From positions 143,673,122-143,737,121 of the forward strand of contig NC_068983.1 of assembly GCF_001194135.2 (NCBI RefSeq): 64,000 bases of DNA. The letters are read 5' to 3'. Position 1 is the stretch's first letter. Each line of letters opens with the position of its first letter. The notes below the pieces were generated by a model. That model worked only from the letters and a program-made list of their open reading frames with translations, searched no databases and was not told the DNA's origin. Of this stretch, positions 49,601-62,589 are shown one piece after another. The position numbers and the translations under genes were made by a program. The stretch comes from Octopus bimaculoides. Its lineage: Eukaryota.

Positions 49601-51631
49601 TTTCGAGACCTCAAGCAAGGTACTTGTCTAAATCTACCTGGTATACAGTTCCAATATTTTTCAGTATTATCAAATTTAATGCTTGTCTTCCTCTGTTGTG
49701 GGTAGGATATGTAAGAGTATCTATATCCAATTTAATTACGTTCTGATCTAATTACATTGACCTAGTTCTCCCAGATGGTTTATTGTACACATTTGCACTT
49801 TGCTTTTCTTAAATGCTAGTTTATTCAGTGCGTCATATTTAATTGCAGTCCCTCTTTTCAATTATTTATGCTTCACAAGTATATATTATCATATTTCTGG
49901 TGTCTGCATCGCTCAGTTTGTCTGTCTTTGTTTGCAGAATTCACATTTTGCTTTTGAAGAACTATGTGATGGATAAGTTATTAAGAGAGAGAGAGAGAGA
50001 GAGAGATCTTGTTATTACTGTAAAAATTAGAATTAAATATTGGATTCTATGAATCTTTTGGGTATTCACCATTCGGACACCTAATTTCATTTGTGTATTT
50101 CTGAATTGTATTTACCAAGGTATTGTAAACACCAGGTTGTTTACAAAACTTTGATATTCTCTTTTTTCATAGTTTTAAGTACAAAGGGATCTGAAAAAAG
50201 AGCTGTGGGTAATAAATGTGGTCACTGAATGTACTTTTAACTCTGTTAAATAGCAGCGACCTATTTTACAAAACTAGTATGTATATGCATATATTTTAAT
50301 AATTAAAATATAAGACAGAAATAGGGAAACAAGTGTAAATATTTATGAGTAATATTTGTTTTCTAAGTAAATCTGTATTAACCACTTTTTATAAAATTAT
50401 TCTAATTATAATGAATTTCTTCCATTGGAGTAGAATAACATTTTTCAATATACTTACCTGTTTACCTGGAAAATAGAAAATATTAGGATAAAAGTGATTG
50501 TGTATTCATCTGAAGCTTTGATATATACCATAGCAAAATTTATTCAGAGAAATGTTTGCTAACTTAATTATGCAAATTAATTTAGCCTTTTCATTTAAGA
50601 GTTATTTTTATAAGAAATGAAGAAGTGTTAGCTAACTGAACTTGATGGCATTTTGATTTTATAGTTGTAAGTAGCATTTTACTTACACTGTTAATGTTTT
50701 TGAAATTAAGGCTGTGAATTCAGTATATAAAATTTTCAAGTCTGACTCTATAGATTATGATAATATACATCGCCAATGCGAAGACAGAACTTACGAAATT
50801 AAAAAAGATATAAATGTATTTCGTTTTTGGATTTTTTTCCCAAGATTCTTTATGTGAATTTGTGTATTGAAGCATATTCTATTGTGTCTGGAGAGAGTCA
50901 TTCTCTTTTAGTGCTTTATAATTTAACACTCACCGGTAAAATTTCTACTCATTTACTTATTTATTTTTCTAAAATTTTTGTTGCGTCTTGCAACCTTTCA
51001 ATAGTTTCAGACCTGTTTCAAACATTAACTGTTTTCCTCTGCTTCTGTCACTACTGTAGTCCTATCTGCCAATATTTTTTTAGCTTTTGGTATACAGATA
51101 TTGAAGTTGAATATCAACAGCATCAATCTCATCAACCAGATGGAACCTAGAAAGGTCATAAGCATTGCCCCTCCTTCTACACTTATAAAAAGAAACTATT
51201 GAATTGCTGATAGGTATCTCATCACTTGTTTTGATATCTCTGTTTTCTTTGATAAGTTTCTAATTAATGCAGCTTTGGAACTGAACTAGCTGATTTTTGC
51301 TTATTTATCATTGATATTATTCCCTGTCTTGTTATTTTGTGGATGTTTTGAGTTTATATCTTGTTTTTATTTTATTTAATGCTAAAATGTAGTATTCAGA
51401 TCTGTTTAATAGCTTTCCTCTGTCCATGATGTCATGACCTCAGTTAAATTTTATAATTCAATGATTCCCAAAGTTTTATTGGTTGCTTTCACAACTGCTT
51501 TACAGTTTTACAGAGGTGTGTGGCTTAGTGGTTGGGTGTTTGATAGCAAAACACTTCATTTCACATTGCTCCAGTCCACCTAGCTGGCAAAAATGAGTAT
51601 TTCTGTGACAGTTCGGCATCTCATCAAGGGT

Positions 51632-51668
<37 letters not shown>

Positions 51669-51876
51669 AGATGATGATGATGAATTCAGGCAATTGGCTT
51701 GGGAAGGACCTTTGAAAAGTTTTTTTCTAAAATTTGGACCCCTTACCATTAAGCATATAAACCTACTTGACTCCATTCACATGTGATTGCCATGCACAAT
51801 TTGTGGTATGGCGAGACAAAGATAGAAATGATGAGATACTGTAATGATGCAACATTACCAGTATTGAGGCTTTTCT

Positions 51877-52278
51877 GCCCCTGGGAGCTCCTCTATGCTG
51901 CTGACCTTGCACTAATTGCGGAGTCACTATCAGAACTAGAGAGGTTTCAAGTGTGGAAGCAAGGTCTAGAATTGAAGGGCCTTAGAGTCAACCTAGCTAA
52001 AATCAAAATCCTAATAAGTAGGAAGGTAGATAAAACACAAACCCCTTCAGGTAGATGGCCCTGCTCAGTATGTAGAAAAGGAGTAGGTAGTAACTCTATA
52101 AGATGTACCCGGTGCAAGCTATGGACACATAAGAGGTGCAGCAATATCAAAGGCAGGTTAACTAGTTAGTTAGTTTTTGTATGTGGCAGATGTTCAGGTG
52201 CAATAAAGACTGTAAACAAACAGGAAACAACTATCTCATTCCAGGGTGAAAAACTAGAGGTAGTCGATAGCTTCCGCT
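51877..52278 (+). mobile_element. RTE-clade LINE RT/C-terminal fragment running into a gap
   Basis: PWELLYAADLALIAES (YADD mutated to YAAD), GLRVNLAKIK, WPCSVCRKGVGSNSIRC. Confidence 0.9.
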
Positions 52279-52831
52279 NNNNNNNNNNNNNNNNNNNNNN
52301 NNNNNNNNNNNNNNNNNNNNNNNNNNNNNNNNNNNNNNNNNNNNNNNNNNNNNNNNNNNNNNNNNNNNNNNNNNNNNNNNNNNNNNNNNNNNNNNNNNNN
52401 NNNNNNNNNNNNNNNNNNNNNNNNNNNNNNNNNNNNNNNNNNNNNNNNNNNNNNNNNNNNNNNNNNNNNNNNNNNNNNNNNNNNNNNNNNNNNNNNNNNN
52501 NNNNNNNNNNNNNNNNNNNNNNNNNNNNNNNNNNNNNNNNNNNNNNNNNNNNNNNNNNNNNNNNNNNNNNNNNNNNNNNNNNNNNNNNNNNNNNNNNNNN
52601 NNNNNNNNNNNNNNNNNNNNNNNNNNNNNNNNNNNNNNNNNNNNNNNNNNNNNNNNNNNNNNNNNNNNNNNNNNNNNNNNNNNNNNNNNNNNNNNNNNNN
52701 NNNNNNNNNNNNNNNNNNNNNNNNNNNNNNNNNNNNNNNNNNNNNNNNNNNNNNNNNNNNNNNNNNNNNNNNNNNNNNNNNNNNNNNNNNNNNNNNNNNN
52801 NNNNNNNNNNNNNNNNNNNNNNNNNNNNNNN

Positions 52832-53235
52832 AGAAGACCCGGCAAGCCAAGTGAGATTGTTGCCAGTGCCCCTGGACTGGCTCTTGTGCGAGTGGCACAT
52901 AAGATGCACCATTTTGAGCGTGGCCGTTGCCAGTACCGCCTGACTGGCCTTCGTATGATTTTCGAGCGAGATCTTTGCCAGTGCCCCTGGACTGGCTTGT
53001 GCGGGTGGCACATAAAAGACACCATTTCGAGCATCTCCGTTGCCAGTACTGCCTGACTGGGCCTCATGCGGGTGACACGTAAAAGCACGTACTACACTCT
53101 CTGAGTGGTTGGCGTTAGGAAGGGCATCCAGCTATAGAAACTCTGCCAAATTTAGATTGGAGCCTGGTGTTGCCATCCGGTTTCACCAGTCCTCAGTCAA
53201 ATCGTCCAACCCATGCTAGCATGGAAAGCGGACGT
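52832..53235 (+). mobile_element. Family 2 repeat directly continuing an RTE 3' end
   Basis: agaagacccggcaagccaagtgag (RTE tail), then tandem units and the (GAT)n tail. Confidence 0.75.
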
Positions 53236-53274
53236 TAAACGATGATGATGATGATATAGTAGGGATGGGCAAGA

Positions 53275-53635
53275 CACTTGGTTCAAAGGAAAGATGATAG
53301 GGTCCCCAAACAGCAGTTCTGTAGTCAGCATTGAAACAATGAACACTCTGTAGGTCTTCCCCTTTTATGTTACAAGGATAAGCTTAAGGTTAACTTCAAG
53401 CATTGTAACATTGATCTTGACTCTTGGAAAGACTTTGCTGAGAAGCGAAATGGATGGAGAATGTTTGACTAGTTTAAAACTGAATAAACAAAAACATTGT
53501 GACCAACTTAGGGTGAATCTTAAGAAGCACCAAGAAGAACCCACTCCAGATGATTTTCTTTATGGTGATTGTGCATTTGTAGCTTGCAGCAAAACTGGGC
53601 TTGCTTCCGAGTAGAAAGCATAAATCATCTCAAGA
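53275..53635 (+). mobile_element. Second RTE lineage (BovB-like) 3' fragment
   Basis: PLLCYKDKLKVNFKHCNIDLDSWKDFAEKRNGWR and a degenerate C-terminal zinc finger. Confidence 0.65.
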
Positions 53636-53740
53636 TTGTCAGTCAGTACCATAAAATGTCTCATACATTTTGCTCAAGATCAAGATAAAGATACCAAGTT
53701 GTGGAATCCTCATCTGTTGTTCATTATGGAGTCCTTATAT

Positions 53741-53778
<38 letters not shown>

Positions 53779-53799
53779 CACACACTTTATTAAAAGCAG

Positions 53800-53869
53800 C
53801 AGAAATATCACAAAAACTGTTACTCAGCATTTCACATTCTCATTCGTCGGACAGTTTTTTTACATTCTG
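53800..53869 (-). ncRNA. Minimal type I hammerhead ribozyme motif (U4C variant), probably from a Penelope-like element
   Basis: Minus strand: aaaaactgt-CCGACGA-atg agaa tgt-GAAA-tgctgag-TA-acagttttt. 9-bp stem I, 3-bp stem II, short stem III, GUA cleavage triplet, then AATAAA and a (TA)n tail. Confidence 0.7.
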
Positions 53870-55934
53870 TTTATCAATAAGCAAGATATATTCTCCATGA
53901 CAAAACGCAGTGAGTAGCTTGTTCTCCAGTTTGAATGTGCACCAAGCATATTCGGATTGACTACATTGCAATTTCACTTATCACTGCTTAGTGCTCCCCT
54001 CCGTAAGTTGATTTTGTTTTGCCCGCTTTCACTTGGTAATGCTTTTATCTTTAATCAATGATTCAACTCAGCTTAAGATATGCCGGTGTAAATAGGATTC
54101 TGTCGCATTAACATCTTTTTAGTGGGACATTATTGCTGAAAGTGAAGTGCAGTGACTACAGCCAACAATGAAAAAGGATCACCATCAGTTTGCCAAATAT
54201 CTATTTCAACTGAATAGGTATTGGCAAATTAATATATCAATCTATTGGTACAGACAAATTTTGCTAGGGTTGGAAAGAGTAAGTTAAATTGACTTCTAGT
54301 CACTTACTGTTGTTTCTTTTATCCATTTTGGAAAGATGGAAAAGTGTCAAATCTCACACTGATTTATTGTGCTCTATAAATAAGCACTATATGGACAGAA
54401 TGTACAGATGAAATTGAATATGGAAAACCGTTTAGTGTGGCTCTGTAAACTTGGCAATCTGAAACTGGAATATTGATCACATTTTGAGTTAAATTTATTT
54501 TTTACTTTCTTTAGGAAAAACAAAGCTAGAAAAACAGTTACTAATTTGAGATTTATTTGATTTCTTTTTCTCATTTGAGCACTTTTATTAACTTTATTAC
54601 AATAATAAAGTTCATGTACAGTAGTTGTAATTAAAGAAGACATGTCTTTCAGTCTTGTAACTTTTCCTTGTCTGCATAATATTATAAAATCTATTTTGAT
54701 GGCATTGAAGATTGTTAGCACATGTAATGGATTAGAAACCACAACAAACCCCAACTGTCAGGCAATTAGGAAATAAAATATCTGAACTTATAGAGTTTTT
54801 TTTTTTGAGTATAGTTAACTTGTTGGTTGTCAACCTCTTGTTTTCTTCATTTTTTTCTTTTAATTTCATATAACATGGAATTTAAGAACAGAAAATTGTA
54901 GTTTAATATGTTGGAATGGCTTCTCATTATAAAAATATTTTCAATAGTTTTTGCTGCAGTAAAACATATCATTTGACAACTAGCTTGCTATTCTAATGTA
55001 AAATGAAAAGTTACTCTGATGAAATAAGTGATTGCTTCAGTTAATTATTACTGCGAGTACTGTTAAGTTTTCTGTGATCCCAGTGTTTCTACTTTTAGGT
55101 TGTTACTGTTGCCCTCACATTGACTTCTGTTGGCTGATGGAAAATGTTGTGAAAGTGCTCTTTCATTTGTGTTTGAAAATACATTGGCACTCTTATCTTA
55201 AATCAAGTAAAGACCTACTGAAACAGCTTACAGTAATGGGATATTTAGTTCAACTTATAGAAGAAAAAATTCTTTTCCTTCTTGTTTTTTAAGTGGTAAA
55301 TAAAGTAAATAAAGTGTTTCCATGAGTCAAAATTTACTTTCAGAATTGAAATATAATTTTACTTGCTAAAATTTTTTCTAATTTTAGTTTGAATTATTTT
55401 TTAGATCCTCACTCCTATTCTAGTTGAAATGTTTTCATAAAACATTTCAGTTTTATCAATTGGAAATTTTAAACTGAAAGAAAAAAAATGACACTTAAAT
55501 CAAATCACCTATATTGTTGCTTCCCAACCATGTGGTCTTGGGTTCAGTCACACTGCTCATTGTGTGGCACCTTCTATTGTAGCCCAGGGCCGACCAAAGC
55601 TTTGTGAATAGATTTGGTACAAAGAAGCCTTTTGTGTGCTTGTACTTCTTTGTTTTAATATTGTGGCATTTGCAGATGAATGTCATTCATTTCCAATATT
55701 TTGCGAAAATGTCTGGATATGGGCAAATATTACCTTGCTTGGTAACTGAGGGCTGGCAACAGGAAGTGTACCTGGCCATATAAAATTTGCCTCAATAAAC
55801 TCTGTCCAACTCTTGTTAGCTTGGAAAAATAGATATTAAAACAATGATGTTGATGATGATGAATGTTACATGAAATTTCTCTTACTGTGGTAAATTTTCT
55901 TCTTTTTCTGCATGTCTGCGTTTGATGAATTTCT

Positions 55935-56325
55935 TTTTCAACCGTATGTGTGAGAACTTAAAACTTCAGGAACTCACTTAGGATATGCTTAGATCCTTTA
56001 TCTTCATACAAAGCCTTACAGCAACTGAAGATAGAGAAATTCAAGCAAGGATTCTCTCAAAAATGGAGCAAGCGAACTAAGACTTAACCCTACAGACCAT
56101 TGTAGAAGAATGTCAAACAATGGTAAACATGAAGTGAAAAAAATTCAAGAGAAAGATTCCGCAAAAATATAGTTGTGTCAACCCAGAAAGTACAACCAAA
56201 AAAGTGCCAGGCTCCGATCTATTTTACGGATGTGAAGGCCTACACTTCAGAATCAAGTGTCTGTTTAAAAATTGAAAATGCTATAGTTGTCAGAAACTTG
56301 GTCACGAGTTCACACTGCAGGACAA
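55935..56325 (+). mobile_element. Ty3/Gypsy (K02A2.6-like) gag remnant
   Basis: NRMCENLKL...FIFIQSLTATEDREIQARILSKMEQ...LTLQTIVEECQTMVNMK, then zinc-knuckle remnants (CYSCQKLGH); in-frame stops. Confidence 0.75.
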
Positions 56326-59300
56326 AATTAGAAAGGTTGAACGCAAAAAGTTCTAGGTTGCTGTTTCAATTTTTTATTGTTATAACACTGTTACAGTGTA
56401 TTCTTTATCATCAACAGTATCAACCAAACTATGCTATTGGAGGCATAAGGATATAATGGCTATTTTAAAATTTGATCACTGATGTAGCTTTTAAAAATTT
56501 ACCAAGTATGGAAGGAGCATAGTAATTGAACTATTTTTTTTCTTAAGACTAGAACTTAATTGTTGATAGATCTTAATTCCAGAACTTTTTATAAGAAAAT
56601 GTTTTAAGCTTTTCAAGTATACTGTGATCCTTCTTCATAATCTGATATTTATTTGACATTTGATTCACTGTATTTAAATTTGATATTCAGGTGACAGTTT
56701 AGTATTGTTTAAGTTATACAATAGGTGTAGGTATTGCTGCTTGCTTCACAACCTTGTGGTTCTGGGTATGGTTTGTGTGTGCTATTTTGGGCAAGTGTCT
56801 TCTACTATAAACTCAAATTGTCCAATATCTTTGTTAAATTGAAATTGCAGAAGCCTCTTGTATGTGATTATGTTTACATTTGTTTTAAAACAAGCAATCT
56901 GTTGTGTCTCTTCAGACAGTGTTTCAGCACACTGAAACCACTGAAATAAAAACAGGATTTGATATGTATGACTAAACCATCGAAGGTTGTGCGCTAGCAT
57001 GGTCACAGTTTAATAACTGAAACCAGAATATAAAAAAAAAGAAAAAAAATCTATTAAATGTTGATTGTCTTTCTGTCTTATACATTTAGTACAAATTATG
57101 TAGATTTAGATTAGACCATGGGTGCAATATTTTTTCTGTTCACTATATGACACTAATTGATATGTAGTGTCTGTTGGAGCTGGTTGTGAAGTGATCACGT
57201 TTATTAAAATGTGTTGTAAGACAAAGGACTGAACCATCTCATCTGACATTTGTAACAACTGTGAACTATAACCTTATTATTTGTTCTTCGTCTATAGTTT
57301 ACATTGGTTTACTTTCTTATCTACCCTATACTACCATCCCAACAATTTTTGACCCAACATAACCGATCACTAACAACTTGAGTTGACTCAGTTGACAGAA
57401 TGCTATCATCAAGGAGCTTACTATCACCAATGCTGCAACTGTCCATGACTTAGTTGCTTAGCTAGGTGAACCAAGCCAACAGAAGCTATCTATAATTAAG
57501 TTATTACTTGGATATTTACAGCTAGGTATAATTATATAATGCTTAACTGCTGCAATTAGAAGGTGTGCTATATAGATCGTGCATTTTTAATTTAGCGAAT
57601 TTTAAGAGATTTCGAAATTTCTGCATTAAGTTTTTTTCATAATACTATGTTATTTTGTTATTGTATAAAAATAAAAAAATTAGAAGAAAAGTATTCATTG
57701 TCTCATGCAAACCAGTTTTTTTTCTTATTTTATGTTTAACCAATGCATTTAATAATTTCTTTTTCTATTCATATGTACTTCGTCTATTTCTCAAATTAGT
57801 CCAGTTACTAATTTTCCCTCTTCTGTTGTACAATTTTCTTCCAATTTTTAAGATTTTTATTGCTTCTAACCTTTTAAATGAGTTTGTATTTTTGGCAGTA
57901 GAATCCCCCTCCCCCCCCTCAACAAACAATTTATTGCTGCCAGTTTATGTTAATCTTTTTATGATATATCCTATTCAGACATATTGCATGTCTATATAAG
58001 GCCTCATGAACATGTAAATAATGATAGGTTTAATATAATTTTATTTTTGCTTATGACTGGTGCATGATAAATATTTGTAAAATTTAGTCAAGGTATAAAA
58101 GAATAATAACACCTTTCAGATTTGTGCCTTTAGGTCCATTATTCTTTTTAAGGTGTATTCTATCTAAATTTACAATAGGTTTGCTTTCTTGTCTGTTTAT
58201 CCTCATTATTTAGAATGGCTCTTTGCTCTTAACATAAAAAATTATTTGTGAAATTGAAATTACTGGAAGTTCACCAAACTATTATGTTTGCTACTGCTGC
58301 TTGTGTTCTACACCTGTGTATATAAACCAGCAAAAACCTGTACATAAAGTAAAATACTATTTTTACATGAATAGAGCATAATTATCCAAGTAACAATATC
58401 TTTAATCAATATGCATATCTGATAGATTCCCTATTGATTTTGCTATCAATTTTTTATGTACTTTAAGTGAATCTTCTCTACAGATTCATTGTGTAATGAG
58501 ATTCTTTAATAGCTATTGTATAATGGTGGGTTGTTTTCTTTCTGCTTTTCATAGAAGAGAAATTAGCATGCAATAGACTTTTTACTGAAATACCTGTTAA
58601 GTTACTCAGACTTAGAATGTTGAACTAATAATTGCAGTTTTATCTTGTTAACCTGTTTAATATAGTAACCAATACCATTCCCCTCTGACCTAAAATATCC
58701 CTTTCGTATCCTTTAAAATGGATGACTGCTGTGTTAGGACAATACAGCTGCAATATACCTATGATGTCCATGTCTAGACAAGCTGATTACTTCCATAACA
58801 TAGGTCTACATAACAATGTTGTTTCTAAACATAAGTTGAAAGCTGAGGCAATGGAGAGAAGTTCCAGCTAGATCTTGTAAACAGAATCTCCACATGGTTT
58901 GAATATACAACAAATCTCTGATATCCAAATGGCTGAAAATTGTCAGCAGAAGGCACCAGAAACCATGGCCAAGATGTGGCACAGTCACCTCAGAGGGCAA
59001 TAAGTTAATGGTTAAAACCCTTGCCTAAGGGAAGTTTCTTCTCTAAAGACCTGCTGTTCAGCTCTTTTGAGATTTTCTTGTCACTGTTCAAGCAGAATTG
59101 ATTAGGTTAGTCAACTAGAATGATGATGATAATAATAAGCATCACTATCTGTATGGAGTGATGATTTACAGCTTATTAGCAACTCATGTTTTCTTGTTTG
59201 TTGCTTATGCAACAAGCAAGGAAAAACATCTTAAGCAAATATGCTTAGATTCCTAAAGATATTTTTGTTTATGTGAAAATACAGTTGTACTAATACACAC

Positions 59301-60207
59301 TATTCAAGAGAAAAGCTAGCTTTTTTTTTTTTTAACTCGTTAATGTTTTACTGTAATAAAGTTAAAAGTATGGCCATAAGACTGTGTCGCACATAATATT
59401 ATTGACAATAATTGAAAAAAAATTATTACTGTGACTTTTAAAAAAATGCATTCCCAGTTTTATTCATTTGAATTATGTCATTAATGCTGTTGAGAAAAGA
59501 ATATCATTACATTCCATCCCTTTCTCACTTTTAAATCTGAAGCTGCTTATATAAGAAATCCTCTACCTCAGCAACTGGGGTTTTCACAGTCAGTTCCATT
59601 TCTTCAGTAAACACCATTTCAATGGTCTTTAGGTATTGAGAGAAACAAAATCACTACTTCCTGATTCTGCTTCTTTCCTAGAAAATCTCCAGCCCCACTT
59701 TTTATTTATTTATTTATTTAAATAAACTTTATTGATAAAGGAAAGAACTAATTTCTTTTTTGTTGTTGTCATTTACAAAATATTTGAGTGATTGCCTTCA
59801 TTATCTGTCCTTATTTACATATGTATAAAGAGAAACTATTAAAATCTTTAGCCTGCAGAATGTCTGTTGACCTTAGTCTTGCTCTAGCACAATAGAACGG
59901 AAATATTTTTGTAATTTTAATCCTATTTGTAAGCCAATTGAAATTTTTTAAATTTTTTTTATATATATAGCATAGTTAGGAGGAAGTGTTGTGCCTGTAA
60001 CCATGGCCAGCTATCTGAGACTGGTGAGAATAACGTAGTTTATTTTATAATCATGTATAAGCATGCAAGTGTACAGGTACATGCCTTAATGTTTCTTAAA
60101 GCACTTTTATATTATTTTACAGATTTATTTGTTTTAATCTCATTAAAAGTTATTTATGAAAATCTAATTGTCTGCTTGGTGCAGTGTAATCATTAGTCAT
60201 CACTGAT

Positions 60208-60305
60208 TGGAATACTTTTGATCATAAGTCTTAGGAGTGTGATTCGTGACATCTTAGCAAATATCACGAATCACACTCCTAAGACTTATGATCAAAAGTA
60301 TTCCA
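60208..60305. repeat. Perfect inverted repeat, 42 bp arms, 14 nt loop
   Basis: Checked base by base: 60208-60249 versus 60264-60305. Confidence 0.95.
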
Positions 60306-62015
60306 GCCCCGACCATCCCATTTATTTTCAGACATAGTATAATTACAATTCTATTTGCTAATATGACTCCCTCCTTTTTTATGATCGTAGAGTGTAATTT
60401 GAGGGAGACTTGATTGCTAATTCTATCTGGATGCATGGCTGTACAGGCTCTTGTTGGTTTCTTTTCTTGATTGGGGACCCTTAGAAAACATAGCAAATCA
60501 AGCAGATGGCTGAGATGAGTTCTGTCTTTGGTAAAAAGAAAATGAGTTTTACTTCTAAAAATATTTGCATTCATACTGAAATAATTTTGGCATTGTGTTG
60601 ACAAAATTAGTTGGAATAGAGACATTAGTGTGAGAACTTCTATCACGGACTATGCCCGTAGAACTTTATTTCATTGTTGGAAGGTCATAAAACACTGTTT
60701 CATTATGGCCTATTTCATATAGCCTTGTTTTCTGGTTATGGCACCTCAAAACATCTGGTTGTATTGGAACCTAATGTTGCTCTTAAATTTCCGAATCACA
60801 TTATAAAAACTAGGCCAATGACATTTTAGTAGACATAATTACATTTGAAATAGCTTTTTAAGAAATTAGTTGAAAATTTCTCAAAAAGAAACAATCTACT
60901 GATTATAGTTTAGACTAGTTAGTGCTCTCACTGCCTACAGATAGGTGAACTTATTTTGGGGAGGTGTGTGGCTGGGAAAATAATTCTCTACAACTATCAA
61001 AGGCATTGATGTTGTCTTGGGCAGTAAAATCCTGGACCAGATGACTAGTTTTGTAGTTTGTAGTTTAGCATTGAAATTCCATGAAGTTAGACTTTATTCT
61101 TTCTGGTGTCAATAAAATAGCTACCAGTAATTTAAGGTTTATTTAATTGGTTTTCTCACAAAGGTTGAATAAAATCAATATTACATAAATACCAAAGAGT
61201 AGTTGGTTGAAACAGAAGAGCACCTAACTACTTAGATTCTGCCAATGAGATATCTTATGTGATTACTTAGCCTGTTACAAACAGCAGTCAAATTGCACTC
61301 AGCTTTTCTCTTTTTAGAAAAATGGAAAAAATAGGGTAAAAATATTGGTAAAGAATGGGATGATCATAGGTGTTGTATCTTGCTGAAAGGAGGGGCTCTT
61401 AGTAATGAAGAGCAAGTCAAATAAGAGTATGCAAAACTTTATAAGCAACACAGCAATATATGTAGGTGAGTGAGATATTCCCCTGGCTAGAACATATTCT
61501 TCCCTTTTATAATAGCATGCTTTCAATAGCTCATTGTTTGGTTTAGCTCATTTTCCACTGCATTATTAAATGCTCAATCTCCCCCCCCCAAAAAAAAAAT
61601 GTTCAAATTTGTAGGACAAGTAAACTCTTTTCATTCAAAAACAGGCAGCAGTTTTATTGGTATGCTTTTTTTTTTTCAATACTTAGGACTCTGAGTTGGA
61701 ATATCTTTGGTCATAGATTTGCCCATTCAGGGTTAACCTGGGCCTGAACAACAGAAGCCTTTTATTGTGTTTAAATCTTCCCGGATTTCTTTCATCCCTT
61801 ATACTTTGATGCTCTTTAGAATAAGTAACAGTCATTTATATTACTTGATTCAGTTGGCTGTAAGCTCCTCTAAAATAATTGAGCTTGTTTGTAGTTGTGT
61901 AAAATAAATAAAATAAATATATATTTCTTTTAAAATAGGCACATGATTAATTTTCCACTTTATGTAAATTCTGTCTTTTCATGTCATTGATGTTTACTTT
62001 TATTTTGTATTTCAG

Positions 62016-62172
62016 TCAATGAAGGCACTGGTGTTACTGCCCGTCCAAATTATAACTCTTTCATACATGCTGTACGGTCAATTGTGTGTTCCCAAGGATT
62101 CACTGGACTTTATCAAGGGGTTTCAGCAAACTGTTTAGGGGCTGGCATGGCCTGGGGAATATACTTCTTTGT
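62016..62172 (+). CDS. SLC25A32: Mitochondrial folate/FAD carrier exon 2; gene continues right of the window
   Basis: atttcag|TC AAT GAA...TTT GT|gtaagt; VNEG...RPNY...GLYQGVSANCLGAGMAWGIYFF; phase 1 matches exon 1. Confidence 0.93.
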
Positions 62173-62589
62173 GTAAGTACAACACACCTATTGTATTTTC
62201 TTTTAGTATTTGTTTTATGTCCATTTTGCTATGTAGCATAAGTTGGATGGGAATATATTTTGTTGAAATTATGAAGAAAAATGTAATATTATTATTGTGA
62301 GTTTAACTTTTTGTTAGACATTAATTAGCTTGGACAATAGATATAACTTACAACTAGTCAAGCTATTCCAAATATGGTAATGTATTTGACAGAGGAAAAT
62401 ATGGCTACAATTCAGTTAATGTGCGAGCCTATTTAGGTATAGAAATGTGGAGAAAGTGCATATTATATATATGAATAAACATAGTGTTTGTGTGTGTGTG
62501 TGTGTGTGTATCATTGTTTAATATCTGTCTTATACACACACTTAGACACACACGCACACACATGTATGCATGTATGTATATGCATTGTC

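Noticed and set aside
49057-50208. Exon-like pieces in SLC25A32 intron 1 (EEFVTALISS..., NSHFAFEELCDG, LSTKGSEKRAV)
   Set aside because: They cannot be chained in phase into a recognisable protein; acceptor-like motifs are common on this T-rich strand.
23591-53088. Long ORFs in the track at 23.6-24.2, 30.7-31.7, 39.8-40.1 and 52.2-53.1 kb
   Set aside because: They are open only because they run through N gaps.
57700-57900. Minus K/R-rich frame (NSFKRLEAIKILK) suggesting a Penelope GIY-YIG C-terminus; similar decayed frame at ~50760-51100
   Set aside because: Interrupted by stops and the similarity is too weak to assign by eye.
59186-59229. ~19-bp hairpin as a pre-miRNA (also 54189-54229)
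   Set aside because: Stems too short, 4-nt loops, low complexity; expected by chance in AT-rich DNA.
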